NCBI GenBank assembly: GCA_009602725.1
Contig: WELB01000011.1
Coordinates: 173,241-207,523 of the forward strand
Source: Spirogloea muscicola
Lineage: Eukaryota
Length of the DNA stretch: 34,283 nt
Direction: 5' to 3'
The notes under the pieces were generated by a model. That model was not told the DNA's origin, did no database searches, and saw nothing but the letters and a program-made list of their open reading frames with translations. This document shows, piece after piece, positions 11,871-24,438 of this stretch. A program made the position numbers and the translations under genes. Position 1 is the stretch's first letter, and each line of letters begins with the position of its first letter.

Positions 11871-12436
11871 CACCTACGGTGTCTCTGCCGCCCCGCGAAA
11901 CCGCCGGTAAACCAGACCCGCCTCCTACCGCCACGCGTCACCAGGCAACTGCCCAGAGCATCGGACGGTTGTAAGCACCCCCATCTAGCGGCAGGTGAAG
12001 GCCAGGGGTGGGCCCCCTGACATTCACGAGCACTGTCCCGGTGACGTAGGCGCCGTGGGCATCAGAGGCGGCGGATCTCTGCCAGCCATTCCGAATGTGC
12101 CACGTGGCTGGCGGCCCAGATCCCCGGCGCTGGCGACTCCACGCCGCCGCGGCCGCCGCACGAGATACGGCCCCGCCAAGCGCGGCGCAGAAGGCGGGGA
12201 GCTGCCACGTGGAGCGGCGACGCGCGGGCGCGCTGGCGGCCGTCGATTGGGCGGGTGGGGAGCGCCGATCGGGAAGGCCACGTCGGCAGGCCCCGCCTGC
12301 CAACCACCCTCCCCCCCCANCAGACAGAGGCCTCGAGGATGTGGGAGAACGACGTCAAGAGGAGGAGGGAGAGAGCCGAAGGCAGCGGTGCAGACGAGGG
12401 TTGGCGCGCGGAGGAAGAGGAGGGAGGTCAGCGGAC

Positions 12437-12635
12437 CAGGCGCAGCGCCTCGGATCGCGAGCGGCCGTGGGCGCCGGGGCCGGTGGCGGCAATCTTGGGG
12501 CGGAATGCGTTGGGGTTCCGGTCGAGCGTCTGCTCCACCGCCTCGCGCCGGATGGGCTCGCTCTCCGCGTTGTTGCAGCAGTTGATGCAGTTGCAGCCCT
12601 CGCAGTAGATGCCCGACGCGAAGCACTCGCAGTAG
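12437..12635 (-). pseudogene. Isolated exon of a tesmin/TSO1-like CXC (CRC domain, TCX/LIN54 family) gene
   Basis: [48 protein letters not shown] is the second half of CXC1 plus the RNPxAFxPK hinge. It is flanked by a gctgac...gctgcag acceptor and a GT donor. No other TCX exon is visible. An N gap lies at 12320. Confidence 0.8.
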
Positions 12636-12719
12636 CTGCAGCGGCCGCCGGAGCGGCGGATGCAGGCAGTCAGCAGACGGGGGCTGGAATAGCAGAGGGG
12701 GGACGGAGGAAAGCTTTCG

Positions 12720-12960
12720 TGCAAGGAACATTATTGTGGAATATGGTTGAAATAACGCTGGAGGCGCAAGTGGCCAAGTACGAGGGCAAGCACATCTGAC
12801 GACGTACGATTACCACTGACATTTGACTTGCTCAGTAACTACGGGCTGACACATGAAGGTCGCTATCGATGCCTTAATGCCAGATGACAGTAGTTAAGCC
12901 CTTCCGCCACCAGCTAGAGCTCGCCCAGCTTTCTGGTGCAAAGCATGAGCCTGAGCACGA
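12720..12960 (-). mobile_element. Subfamily A retroelement 3' terminal fragment, copy 3
   Basis: tggccaagtac...ggcaagcacatct and ctagagctcgcccagctttctggtgcaa are near-identical to 7139-7165 and 7265-7292. Confidence 0.7.
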
Positions 12961-13001
12961 GGGAGGGAGGGAGGGAGGGAGGGAGGAGGGAGGAGGGAGG
13001 G
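12959..13001. repeat. (GGGA)n purine microsatellite
   Basis: Visible run immediately adjacent to the retroelement fragment. Confidence 0.85.
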
Positions 13002-13136
13002 GCATAGGGGGTTGTGGGTTTTGAGGAGGGCCGGTGAACACAGACAGAGACAGGAAGAGTGGGAGAGGAGAATGAGGCACGGTGGCGCACAACCAGAGTT
13101 AGCTCAGGGTATGGCCGTTTGAAGAACGACAAGGCC

Positions 13137-15398
13137 ATGACACTGCCGGTGGCCATGGAGGTGGAGCGCCTTCGGGGCGGTGGCAAGAAGCGTCTCGGCA
13201 ATGGCAGCAGAGCTGAAGCACCACCCATGGCCATCAAGCGGCTGCGGGCAGACCTATCGGACGCTGCGGCGGCGGCGCCGGCCATGGCCATGACACTGGA
13301 CTGGCTGCCAGCAGAGATCCTGCTGCGCGTTGCCGCCCGCGTAGCCCACGCCGGCGACCTGGCGCGCCTCGCCGCCGCGGCGCGCCGCTTCCGCCACCTT
13401 GGCCGCCGCGTCGAGCGCCTCCGCTTCCTCTTCCCGCCGCCCACTCTGTCCGCAGCCCATCTGGCGCACATTCTGCCGCCATCCCCGCAGCCTACGTTGC
13501 GAGCGACGGCGGCAGTGGCAGAGGCTCCGCTGCAGTCACTGCCGGTGCAGCCGCGGCCTTGGAATAGTGAGGCCGCCGACGTGTCCATCTCCGAGTGGGT
13601 TCTCGCGACGGAGTGCCTCAGGACCCTCGAAGTCCGGCAGCCTGCCGCTGGCAGCAGCAGCTTCGAAGCTGGTGTGGCGAAGCCAGACTCGGCGGGCAAA
13701 GACCGGCAAGCAGCGTCGGTTGTCGCGAGCGGCTATCCGGCGGCGGTCATCGTCAACTGGCTGCGCCACACGCGGCGGACGCTGCGCGAGTTCGTCCTCG
13801 AGAACAGGCGCCCCGCTGGCCTCAGTGCTCGCACGGGTGGCCCGCTCCCTGGAGACGGCTGCGCATCTGCCGCCACGCTGCCGCTGCTCTTCGCCGCACT
13901 TGACGGCGGCGGCCTCACCTCTCTCTGGCTCTCGCACGTCGCCGTCCCGCACCAGATCCCAGCAATCTTCCTCCCCGCCCTCCGACGGCTCCATCTCGAG
14001 GCCACACCCGGCACCGCCGACGCTCTCCCGCCGGCCACGCTTGCCGCCCTCCTCACCGTCGCGCCAGGCCTGGAGGAGCTCGCGCTCGCCAATGTCGGCG
14101 TCTCTTCCTCCGATGGCGCTGCGGCTGGCTCAGGCTTCTTGGCCCTTGCGGCCCCGTGCCTCCGCGTTCTCAAGCTCCGCAACATCCTCGCCGGTGAGGC
14201 GGCCATCTTCCTACCTCCTCACCCTCTGCCGTCTCCTTGCCTCCCTCCTTCCATCCGCCTCCCTCTTTCTACCTTTGTTTCGGCTCTCCTCCTTACATCC
14301 TTACGCACGTGCGGCAGCCGGCCTCCACCTGGCCATGCCGGCACTCCGTATCCTGGACCTCGACATCGTGGAGCCGCTGCAGGAGCTCAGTGGCAGCACG
14401 TCAGCGCTAGAGCGCCTGCGGCTGCGTGGCTGTGGCCAGCGTGAGCCAGCGGACGGCACTCACCAGCTAGATCTCGGGCTCGTCAGCCTCTGCAAGCTCG
14501 AGGCAGATTTCTATGGCGGCTTCCGCTGCGCTGGCCGCGACCTTCTTCGCGACTCCAGCCATGGCCTCAAGGTTTGCAGCGTCTGTGGCCGCCTCTACCG
14601 CCACCCCTGCCGACGATGTAGCCACCTCAACTGCAGTCACCATTGCCATAGCTGCTGCCATCCTTGTTGCCGCTGCAGTTGCCAGCAGCCTGTAGGCATT
14701 CTGCATAAGCTACAGCTGATTCATTGTTGTTGCATTTTGCGCTGACGCAGGCACTGGCACTCAATACCGCCGAGTGGAAAGGTGGAGTGGACGCACTACC
14801 ACGTGGCGCGCCCGCGCTGCGCCTTCTCGGCATTGGCCCAGACCTGTGGGAGTGCCTCGCGCTCACGCCCCGGCAGCCACTGGCTGCTCTGGGGGCTGGT
14901 GACGAGTCGGTGGCCACCTGGGAGCACCTTGAGGAGCTTTGTGCAAACCCATGCTATGTGCGCGCCTCCGACTCGCTCCGAGTCCTCGGCGAGCTCCTTG
15001 CACGCGCCGCCAGCGCACCATTACGCAAGGTTACCATCAGGCAAGTCTGCAGCCTCTACCGTGCCATTAAGGCCTTGCTCAGCCGATGCTCTTCGGCTGC
15101 CCATGCTGTAGCTGCTGTATTCTCGCCGCTGAAGGTTTGCGTCTGCTCGCTGCGCAGATTCTACGACCTTGTTGATGACCGGCGACGCGGGGACCCAGCC
15201 TTTGGCGATGCAGCACGTGTGCTTGTGGCGGCTACGTTTCCTGGCGCTGTGGTCGACTGCCGTGAAGATGAGCAGGAGTGCTTCTCGCTTGCTGGCCTGT
15301 CCCACCGTAGCCCACCTGGTGATGGAGGCAGTGATGGGGGTTCTGACGGCTGTGGCTGCAGCTCTGGCAGCAGGGGTGCTACAATCAGTTCCCTTTGA
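13137..15398 (+). CDS. F-box/LRR (RNI-like) protein, 3 exons, about 650 aa
   Basis: N-terminal F-box LDWLPAEILLRVAARVAHAGDLARLAAAARRFR. LRR-like units LTSLWLSHV, LPALRRLHLE, APGLEELAL, APCLRVLKL, MPALRILDL. GYPAAVIVNWLRHTRRTLREF resembles plant At1g67190/At1g10780-type F-box proteins (from memory). Exons 13137-14193, 14318-14571, 14751-15398 are GT-AG and phase-consistent. Alternative ATG at 13155. Confidence 0.8.
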
Positions 15399-15838
15399 GT
15401 AAGTCAATTAGACGAAGTCAACTTCTGGGCTTGCAAACTTTGCTCCACATTGTCATTCATTGCTGATACCATTTGTATGTCAGGGTGCCGGTGCTTGATG
15501 GCATTTAAAGCTTGTGGCGAGTGGTCTGGTGCTGATGTAGCTGGTTGGCGGCATTGTCGCCACCACCTTGCTGCAGTCTCCAGTCCTACTGCTCATTCTG
15601 CGCTACGATTTGCGCTGCGAGCGCCACTGGCCTCTGGTGCACATTGCCCGTGGCTGCTGGCTTGCCTCGCTTATCATTCTTTTAAGAGCTGGACACTCTG
15701 CCTGGCTGCTTGCTCATATTACATACAATACATAGAACTAACTCTTCACAACCTGTGGACTGAACACTGTTTTGACGGAATGGCTCTTTTACAGTACTGC
15801 TTTGACGCTCTCACAAATAGCTCAGCAATGTCGTCAAT

Positions 15839-16462
15839 AAAACATCATATGGAGACTTCGTTGCGTCAATGCTATGTTTATACACCTCAGTAGTACTTGG
15901 GTGAAAGTCTGCATTCATGAGTGCAAGAGTTGTGGGGCGAGGTGAGCTCCTAAGCTGCACCGCCGCCTTTTATTTTGCCACATAACTGCGCACAGTCATG
16001 CATTTCACTGGGCTCTCCCATGCAGCCCTGCCCGCAACCACTGTACAAAAACATCATATGGAGACTTCTTTGCATCGATGCTTTCTTTACACATCTCAGT
16101 AGTACTTGAGTGATGTCTGCATTCATGAGTGCACGAGTTGTGGGGCGAGGTGAACTCCTAAGCTGCACCGCCACCTTTCATTTTGCCACAAACTGTGCAC
16201 AGTCATGCGTCTCAGTGGACTCTCCCATGCAGCCCTGCCCGCAACCACTGTACAAAAACATCATATGGAGAATTCTTTGCGTCGATGCTTTTTATACATC
16301 TCAGTAGTACTTGAGTGAAGGTCTGCATTCATGAGTGCAAGAGTTGTAGGGCGAGGTGAACTCCTAAGCTGCAGCGCCGCCTTTCATTTTGCCACAAACT
16401 GCGCACAGTCATGCATCTCAATGGGCTCTCTCATGCAGTCCTGCCCGCAACCACTGTACAAA
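15839..16462. repeat. Tandem repeat, 3 copies of about 208 bp
   Basis: acatcatatggaga recurs at 15842, 16051 and 16258 (periods 209 and 207), and the units align throughout. Confidence 0.95.
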
Positions 16463-16687
16463 CCGCATAGCAGTATGCACAAGCCAGCTCCCAATCTGCG
16501 CTCTGTGCCCCTCTAGATTGGCTGCAAATGGTGCAATTCTCTCTAAATCTTCACTGCATGACAACCGTATTCCTTGCCACAAGGAATAGCTTGACGGCTT
16601 TCAGTGGACAGGACACATTTAGAGTAAGGACAAAAGGAGCGGAACATTCCAATTAGCGAAGCAGCCTGGGCGTGTGCGGGCACTGCT

Positions 16688-17541
<854 letters not shown>

Positions 17542-18430
17542 GGCGGCGCCGCCTCTCCCTCCGACGCGACCGCCGCCGCCGCCGCCGCAGAGGCCGCCGC
17601 AGAGGCCGCCGCGGAGGCCGCCGGGGGACGCGGCGGAGGAAGCGGGCGGGAGGGGTGTGGGATTGTGAGGAGTTAGGGCTTGGGGTTAAGGCGCGTCGGG
17701 GCGCGCGGGCCGGGGACTTCCGGCGTGGCCAATTGACCGTCCGATGCGCAGGGCAGCCACAGAGAGCCGTCCGATGTTTTTCCTCTTCGGGGCCCGAGAC
17801 CTTTGTATGGCAACCTGTGGACCAACTCACCATACCCCGCCGAGGACACCAATTACTTTCATTAGATTAGAATCAGGCTAATGTGTTTCCGTCAAGCCGG
17901 GGTTAAGGGCGCCTGCCGGGAAGCCGAGAAGCCACTTGGCTCTGCGCAGGCCAATGGCAGTGCCACGTGTCCTGCGCTCAGGCCGGGCCCGGGGGGTGCG
18001 CCCCGACGGCCCGCCGCGTGTCCACCCAGGCGGGCCGCATCCCCGCTCCCAAGAATGTGTCGACGACGTCCTCGCTATCTTACCGGCAGCCCAGCGTCTT
18101 GGGCGGATATCGGCGGCAGCGGCCCACCGTTGGATGCTCAGGTCCGACTGGGCTTCCATGGGAGGCCATGGGGATCACGACGGCCCATCCACAACCCCCC
18201 GGTGTCCGATACATGGCCACGGTTTGTAAACCCCGGTGTAACTAACGGCAGAAGACCCCCTGCAGCCGCCCTTTCCATCGTCAGTTTCTGGCTATGGTAA
18301 GCGCGGTTGCCACCTGCGCCTGACCCGGCCTCCGGCGGCACGGTCCCAACGCCGCCGCCGCCGCCGCCGCGGTGGCCGCCAAGGGCCGGGCCTCCTCGCA
18401 GCGGGTCTGACGGGCTGGTCGGGCCCAGCC
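17542..18430. promoter_or_regulatory. Divergent RPS15/SPS intergenic promoter region
   Basis: 889 bp between head-to-head ATGs. CCAAT at 17951, CCACGTGTC (G-box/ABRE core) at 17963-17971, and GGCCCA site-II-like motifs at 18121, 18182 and 18422. Function is inferred only. Confidence 0.5.
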
Positions 18431-21400
18431 ATGGCCAACAACGAGTGGATCAACGGGTACCTGGAGGCGATCATCGACAGCGCACCCATTGAGGACCAGC
18501 GCAGCCGGCCGGTCGAGGATGACCTCAAGGACAGCTCCAATCCAGCCATCAAGTACTTCATCAAGGAGATCACCGAGGGCATTGACGAGCTCGACCTTCA
18601 CCGCAGCTGGCTTAAGGTGGGGTCTGCTCAATGCCGATGCCTTGTCTGCTTCACGAGATCAACATCAGCTGCCCCATTGCGCTGCTTGTGAAGTTGTATG
18701 CTTCCCTCACAAATATCGTATTCACTTTACTCTTGAGACGTGCTCTTGCTTAGTGACTCGCCAATGACTTGCCAGAGATTGAGCGCAAATGAATTGATAT
18801 ATTTGTGTGCTATTTTTTGTTGCTACATTCAGGCTACTGCGACAAAGAATGTCCAGGATCGTGAAAGCCGACTCGAGAACGCCTCTTGGAGAATTTGGCA
18901 CCTCATCCGCAGAAGGAGGCTGGTAATCATCAATGTTTTGTGCTTTGTGGCTGTGGTTCTGTTGAAATATGTGAATATCTCATTACTCTTCGGCCAGGCA
19001 ACTGACGACCAACCAGCGACATGCAATAGTTTCTCATCAGTATGTGGTCGGCGTGATTTTGGTCCAGCTCAATGCAGAAGAGAGGAAGCGCTTGGCACAG
19101 AGGCAGATTGAGAAGGCCGAAGCTGGCAAGGATGCTGAAGACATCATGCCTGATGATTATGCGGATGATGAAACACACCAAGATGTGACTTCCGATTCAG
19201 CGGCTCCTGCGTCCAGCCAGGCAGCTGCACCAGGAGGCGAAGAGGAGGCTCCCCAGGAGAGGCGGCTCTACATTGTCATGACCAGGTGAGACAGAAAGTG
19301 CAACAAGACCTTTTCCAAGCCCTTCTTGTTTCTGCTTCTGTAACTCTGCTCCTGTAAGTGCTGACAATAGTATGCTACGACCACTGAGTCCTAGTGATTC
19401 CTACTGTGCCACCCTACCATCCTGCACCCTGCACTTACAAGCAAGTTCTCTGTCGATATCCGACATAATTTTGGTCACAGTTAATTTATGTTTCATGACA
19501 TCCTAACCGCCTGCCTGAGCAGCAGCTGCTGGGTCCTGTGTTAGTTCGCAACAGTTGTATCTTGGACAATACAACAAACACAAACACATGTGCAACTGAC
19601 GAGTGTTATCTTGTGTCATCAGTCTACATGGGTTAGTGCGCGGTGAGCACATGGAGCTTGGTCGAGACTCTGACACAGGAGGCCAGGTAGGCATGTGGTG
19701 TGTTTCTGTTGCTCATTTTAAGCACTTGAGAGTTCTGTCGGGCTGTCTTACTCACCCCAGCCTGCGCAGATCACTGCAGATAACACAGATTTTAAGTATC
19801 TGGCAGAGTGAGTCGAGGAACAATTATGGATGACAATCAGTAACCCGAACTGTTGACAAACCCTCGCACTGCATTTCTGCACTTGCAGATCAAGTATGTG
19901 GTCGAGTTTGCACGAGCTCTTGCGACAATGCCAGAGGTCAGGCGAGTAGACCTCCTCACAAGGTTGATTGCTGACCCAGAAGTGGACTCTAGTTATGCCG
20001 AAGAAACCGAAGTCCTCCTGGAGGAGGATGCTGAGGACGGCAGTGGTGTCTATGGAGCATACATTGTCCGCATACCATGTGGACCTCGTGAGAAGTACGT
20101 TCAGAAGGAGCTCCTATGGCCTTACCTCCCCGAGTTTGTTGATGGTGCCTTGGAGTACATCACTTCTACATCAAAAAATCTTGGAAGAAACTCAGGGGAA
20201 GGCCAGCCAGTCTGGCCCCATGTGATCCATGGCCATTATGCGGACGCTGGTGACATCTCAGCCCTACTTTCTGGAGCCTTCAATGTGCCCATGGTCCTGA
20301 CCGGCCACTCACTTGGCAGGAACAAGGTATACTAATAATTGGAGTCTGCACTGTATCAGGGACTGCTTAGACTGAGGGCTACCACCTGCAATATGCTAAC
20401 AGTAGCTCGCTTATAAGCATCGCTTATGGCTTCTGTAGTGTTGCTGATGGAGACCTTGTATGATTGACAGCTTGAACAACTACTGAAGCAGCGACAGAGT
20501 CGGGAGCAGATTGATGCAACTTACAAGATCATGCGCAGAATAGAGGCAGAAGAACTTGCGCTTGATGCAGCAGAGCTGGTTGTGACCAGCACACGGCAGG
20601 AGATAGATGAACAGTGGGGTCTTTATGATGGATTTGATGTCAAACTGGAGAGAGTCCTGAGGCTTCGCCAGCGCCGCGGTGAAAATTGTCATGGGCGGTT
20701 TATGCCGCGAATGGCGGTAAGAGCTTGCCTGCAAATTTTCCCCATATCGTCGATGATGCTGTTTGCTGGCACCTCTTTTTCTTTAGGAGTTGCCACTGTA
20801 CTTGCTGATGCGTTGTCAATATTATCTTTAGGATTCTCATACTTGACCTGCACATTTAGAGTCTGATTGAAGACCTTCACATTTCCAGGTCGTTCCCCCA
20901 GGAATGGATTTCAGCCATGTTGTTGTCCAAGATCCGGGAGATGTCTTTGATACAAATGCCGAAGCTGTTGCCTTCACATCAGATGATGCCTCCCAAGCAG
21001 TGCCCGTCTCGCCACGCAATGAAGCGCCACCGCCTATTTGGGGCGAGGTATGGCTGACCTGTGTATTTGACCTTGCGCACCTCTCTTCTTATTACTTGCA
21101 GACTTAGACGCGGTCCTGCAGCCTATGTCACTGGTAAGTTGTTGGGGTATGTGCTGCGACCCTCTGACCCTCTGATCTGGTCATGTATGAATATAGGTCC
21201 AGCGATTCTTTTCAAATCCACACAAGCCCATCATTTTGGCCCTTGCTCGCCCCGACCCCAAGAAGAATCTGATGACTCTGGTCAAAGCTTATGGAGAATG
21301 CAAGCCCCTCAGGGAGCTTGCCAATTTGGTCAGTCCTCCACTAGTCCTCCAGTATCAACCCTGCCCTTGTTTGATACCTCAACTCGTGTAAGAGGAACGG

Positions 21401-24400
21401 GCTCTACCATTCGCCTGATGCTATCCCACGATTTGCTTTTTCTCGAGGTTGACTAAGTCCCATGCTAAGATCTATGCCTGATATGATGCTGATGCATGCT
21501 GCACGGCTGCTGCACTGCAGTGTCTCATCATGGGCAATCGCAAAGACATCGACGAACTCTCTGGGAGTGCACAGAATGTCTTGACAGGAGTTCTTAAATT
21601 GATTGATAAGTACGATCTGTATGGCCAAGTTGCATATCCGAAGCGCCACAAGCAGCCTGAGGTTCCACTCATATACAGACTGGCTGCAAAGACAAAGGTG
21701 AGAGAATAATCTGATGTGTTTATTGAGCATTGCATTTGGACTATGTTGTGCCAGGGATCCCATTCCAGCAGCAGATAGCAAAGGTACATAAATTATCATC
21801 GTCGTAGAACATTGGCAGATAAGCTTTACTTCATGGACAGAAGAGCAGACACCACCTACTTTGACATGTTGACCTTGACTGAACTCTGATGTTGGTGCGT
21901 TGGGTGCTTCAGGGTGTCTTTGTCAATCCTGCGCTTGTGGAGCCTTTTGGTCTTACCCTGATAGAGGTTACTGACCAGCACATGCTGATGCTTAAGGCAT
22001 CTGTCTGACAGGGTTGTAGGCTTGGCTTTGACTTAGATGTATTCCTGTGGCCCTGTCTCCTGCTCATATTCAGAGCATTGACCAGAATATTTGCTCTGGT
22101 GTTACCATGAGGTCAACGGTTACCATGAGATCAACGCGTTTGACAGCAGCTCACTGAGACCATTGTAAGCTGCCTACTGAGATCCATTGCGACTGAAATT
22201 TTGTAGGCGGCAGCATATGGCCTTCCAATGGTGGCCACGAAAAATGGAGGTCCTGTGGATATCCAGAGGGTGCGTGTGCAGATTATGCAGAGTGGTCTGT
22301 TAGTGAAATGGGAATTTTATATTGACTCAAATTAGTTTGGGCAGCTATCTAGTAGCTCAGTGGTCCGACACCAATGCCTCTACTGCAGTTGCACTTGAGC
22401 TGCCAGATTATTGCAGTGATATGGAGGTGGTCTAATTCTTGTGCATTGGGCATGCTGCTTTCTTAAATCTAGCTTGTATTCTTAATATGGATGTACAGCA
22501 TAGCCATGCTACAACAATGCAAGCTTGCATATCTTTGGACAACTGACAGCCTGTATTCTTGTCCTGAACTTCAGACATTGAGCAATGGACTTCTTGTGGA
22601 CCCTCATGATGACAAGGCCATCGCAGAAGCACTTCTGAAGTTGGTCGGTGATCGTAAAATGTGGGTCGAATGCCGAAGAAGCGGCTTGCGTAACATCCAT
22701 GCCTACAGTTGGCCAGAGCACTGCCGCACTTATTTGTCGAAGGTAGCCATGTGTCGTATGAGGCACCCGCAGTGGCGGTCCGATCTGGACACTCAAGATA
22801 CGGAGTCGGCCACAGATTCGTTGAGAGGGATTGGAGACCTGTCCCTTCGCATGTCGCTTGATGCAAGGGGTTCCCTCAAAGCCCTGGATATGGAGAAGCT
22901 GCTCCTGGAACGAGGCACGAGCTTGAAGCCAGGTCTCAAGTCCATGCAAGAAGAAGACCCCTCTGAGGACCATGCAGCAGCACAGCAGCAGGGCAATGCA
23001 AATGCAGCTGGGACTGTAGGATCTCACCTCAAGCAGAAGAGTAGACTGTTCGTTGTGGCTGTGGACGACTATTCGTCAAGTGGAGAGCAGAAAGGTGGCC
23101 TGCTGAGTGGGATCCAAGCAATGCTACAATGTCAAAAGGATGGGAAGCTGGGCAAGGATGTTGCTGTAGGAGTAGCGACTGCCTTGGTGGGGAGGGAGGT
23201 GCTGGACTTGCTTGAGAGGGCAGGTGTGTTAGTCCAAGAGATAGATGTGCTCATTGCTGGAAGTGGCAGTGAGCTCTATTACCCTTCAGCAGTCGCATCA
23301 ACGGAGAGCGGGAAGGGTGGACCTTTGGTGGTGGATCCTGACTACGCCGCGCACATCGAGTACCGGTGGGGAGGTGACGGGCTCCGGAGGACCATGGCTC
23401 GGCTCACGTCAGGAGAGGCTGAGGGGTTGGAGGGACGCAGTAAGAGGGCCCTGATTGAGGAGTCCAGTCGCTGTGGACAATGCCGCCTTGTGTACAGGGT
23501 CAACGATCCTGGCCAGGTATGTCCTTCATCACTCTTAGCCTACTGGCATTTGACTACAGAAGGGTAGAGCCGTGCAGCAGGTGACTACATCTGTTGTGGT
23601 ATGCATTGTTGCTGTTGCGGTGTGCATCATTGATCCGGTTTTCAAGGGTACTGTGCGAGCTGCTCACTGTCTCCACTCTTTCTTTGGCAGGCTCCGACGC
23701 AGGAGGATCTTAGGAAGAAGCTTCGTATGCGTGGTCTGCGCTGCCATGCCATCTACGTCCGTGGTGACGCGTTCCTGCATCTGCTACCTCTTCATGCTTC
23801 TCGTGCCCAGGCCCTCCGGTATCCCAGCATTCCTTCATAAAGTCTAGTATTACTGGAGTCAAGCAGTCTTTTGTTGGCCAAGACACTCACCAGATGTGTT
23901 GTTTGCCCCCACCCTGGAAAGTAGAGTGCACATCCCTTTTCTGAAGTCAACTCCATGTTCATGACATCCTTGCAAAGGATGTAACGAGTTCCATATTGCC
24001 TGCTCAAGGAACTGCAGGATGTTGAAGCAACCTTTCTGTCTGTGGTGTCTTATGTAGGCATTGTCTTAGTACACCCCTCGAAAATTTGTCGCCAGTTTTT
24101 GGCCTCCTAGGTAGATGTGAGAGCACTGTTCAGCAGTGTCACTCTGTGATGCTCAATGCAGGTATCTCTTCGTGCGCTGGGGTTTGGAGCTGAGTCGAAT
24201 GGTCGTGCTCGCTGGCCCCAATGGCGACGGCGATTACATGGAGCTCCTTCCGGGCCTGCACGGGTCCATTGTCCTGCAATCTGCCGCCTCAGAGGAGTCC
24301 GCGTCAGAGACTCCCCTGCACCCAAAATCGGACGAGGGCGTCTTTGAGTTGGCAAACGTGGTCACGTTGGACTCTGGCCCCACCTCTGACGCCATAGTTG

Positions 24401-24438
24401 AGGGGCTCGGCAAGCTGGACTCATCTCGGAATCAATAA
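18431..24438 (+). CDS. SPS: Sucrose-phosphate synthase, 14 exons, about 1057 aa
   Basis: [127 protein letters not shown]. Exons 18431-18616, 18833-18922, 19068-19285, 19623-19686, 19889-20326, 20471-20716, 20889-21047, 21197-21328, 21521-21697, 21913-21966, 22207-22269, 22575-23516, 23691-23818, 24162-24438. All are GT-AG and phase-consistent (3174 bp). Confidence 0.97.

Noticed and set aside
15839..16462. CRISPR array or snoRNA cluster
   Set aside because: Whole units are repeated with no unique spacers. The C/D-like words lack terminal stems and a canonical box C.
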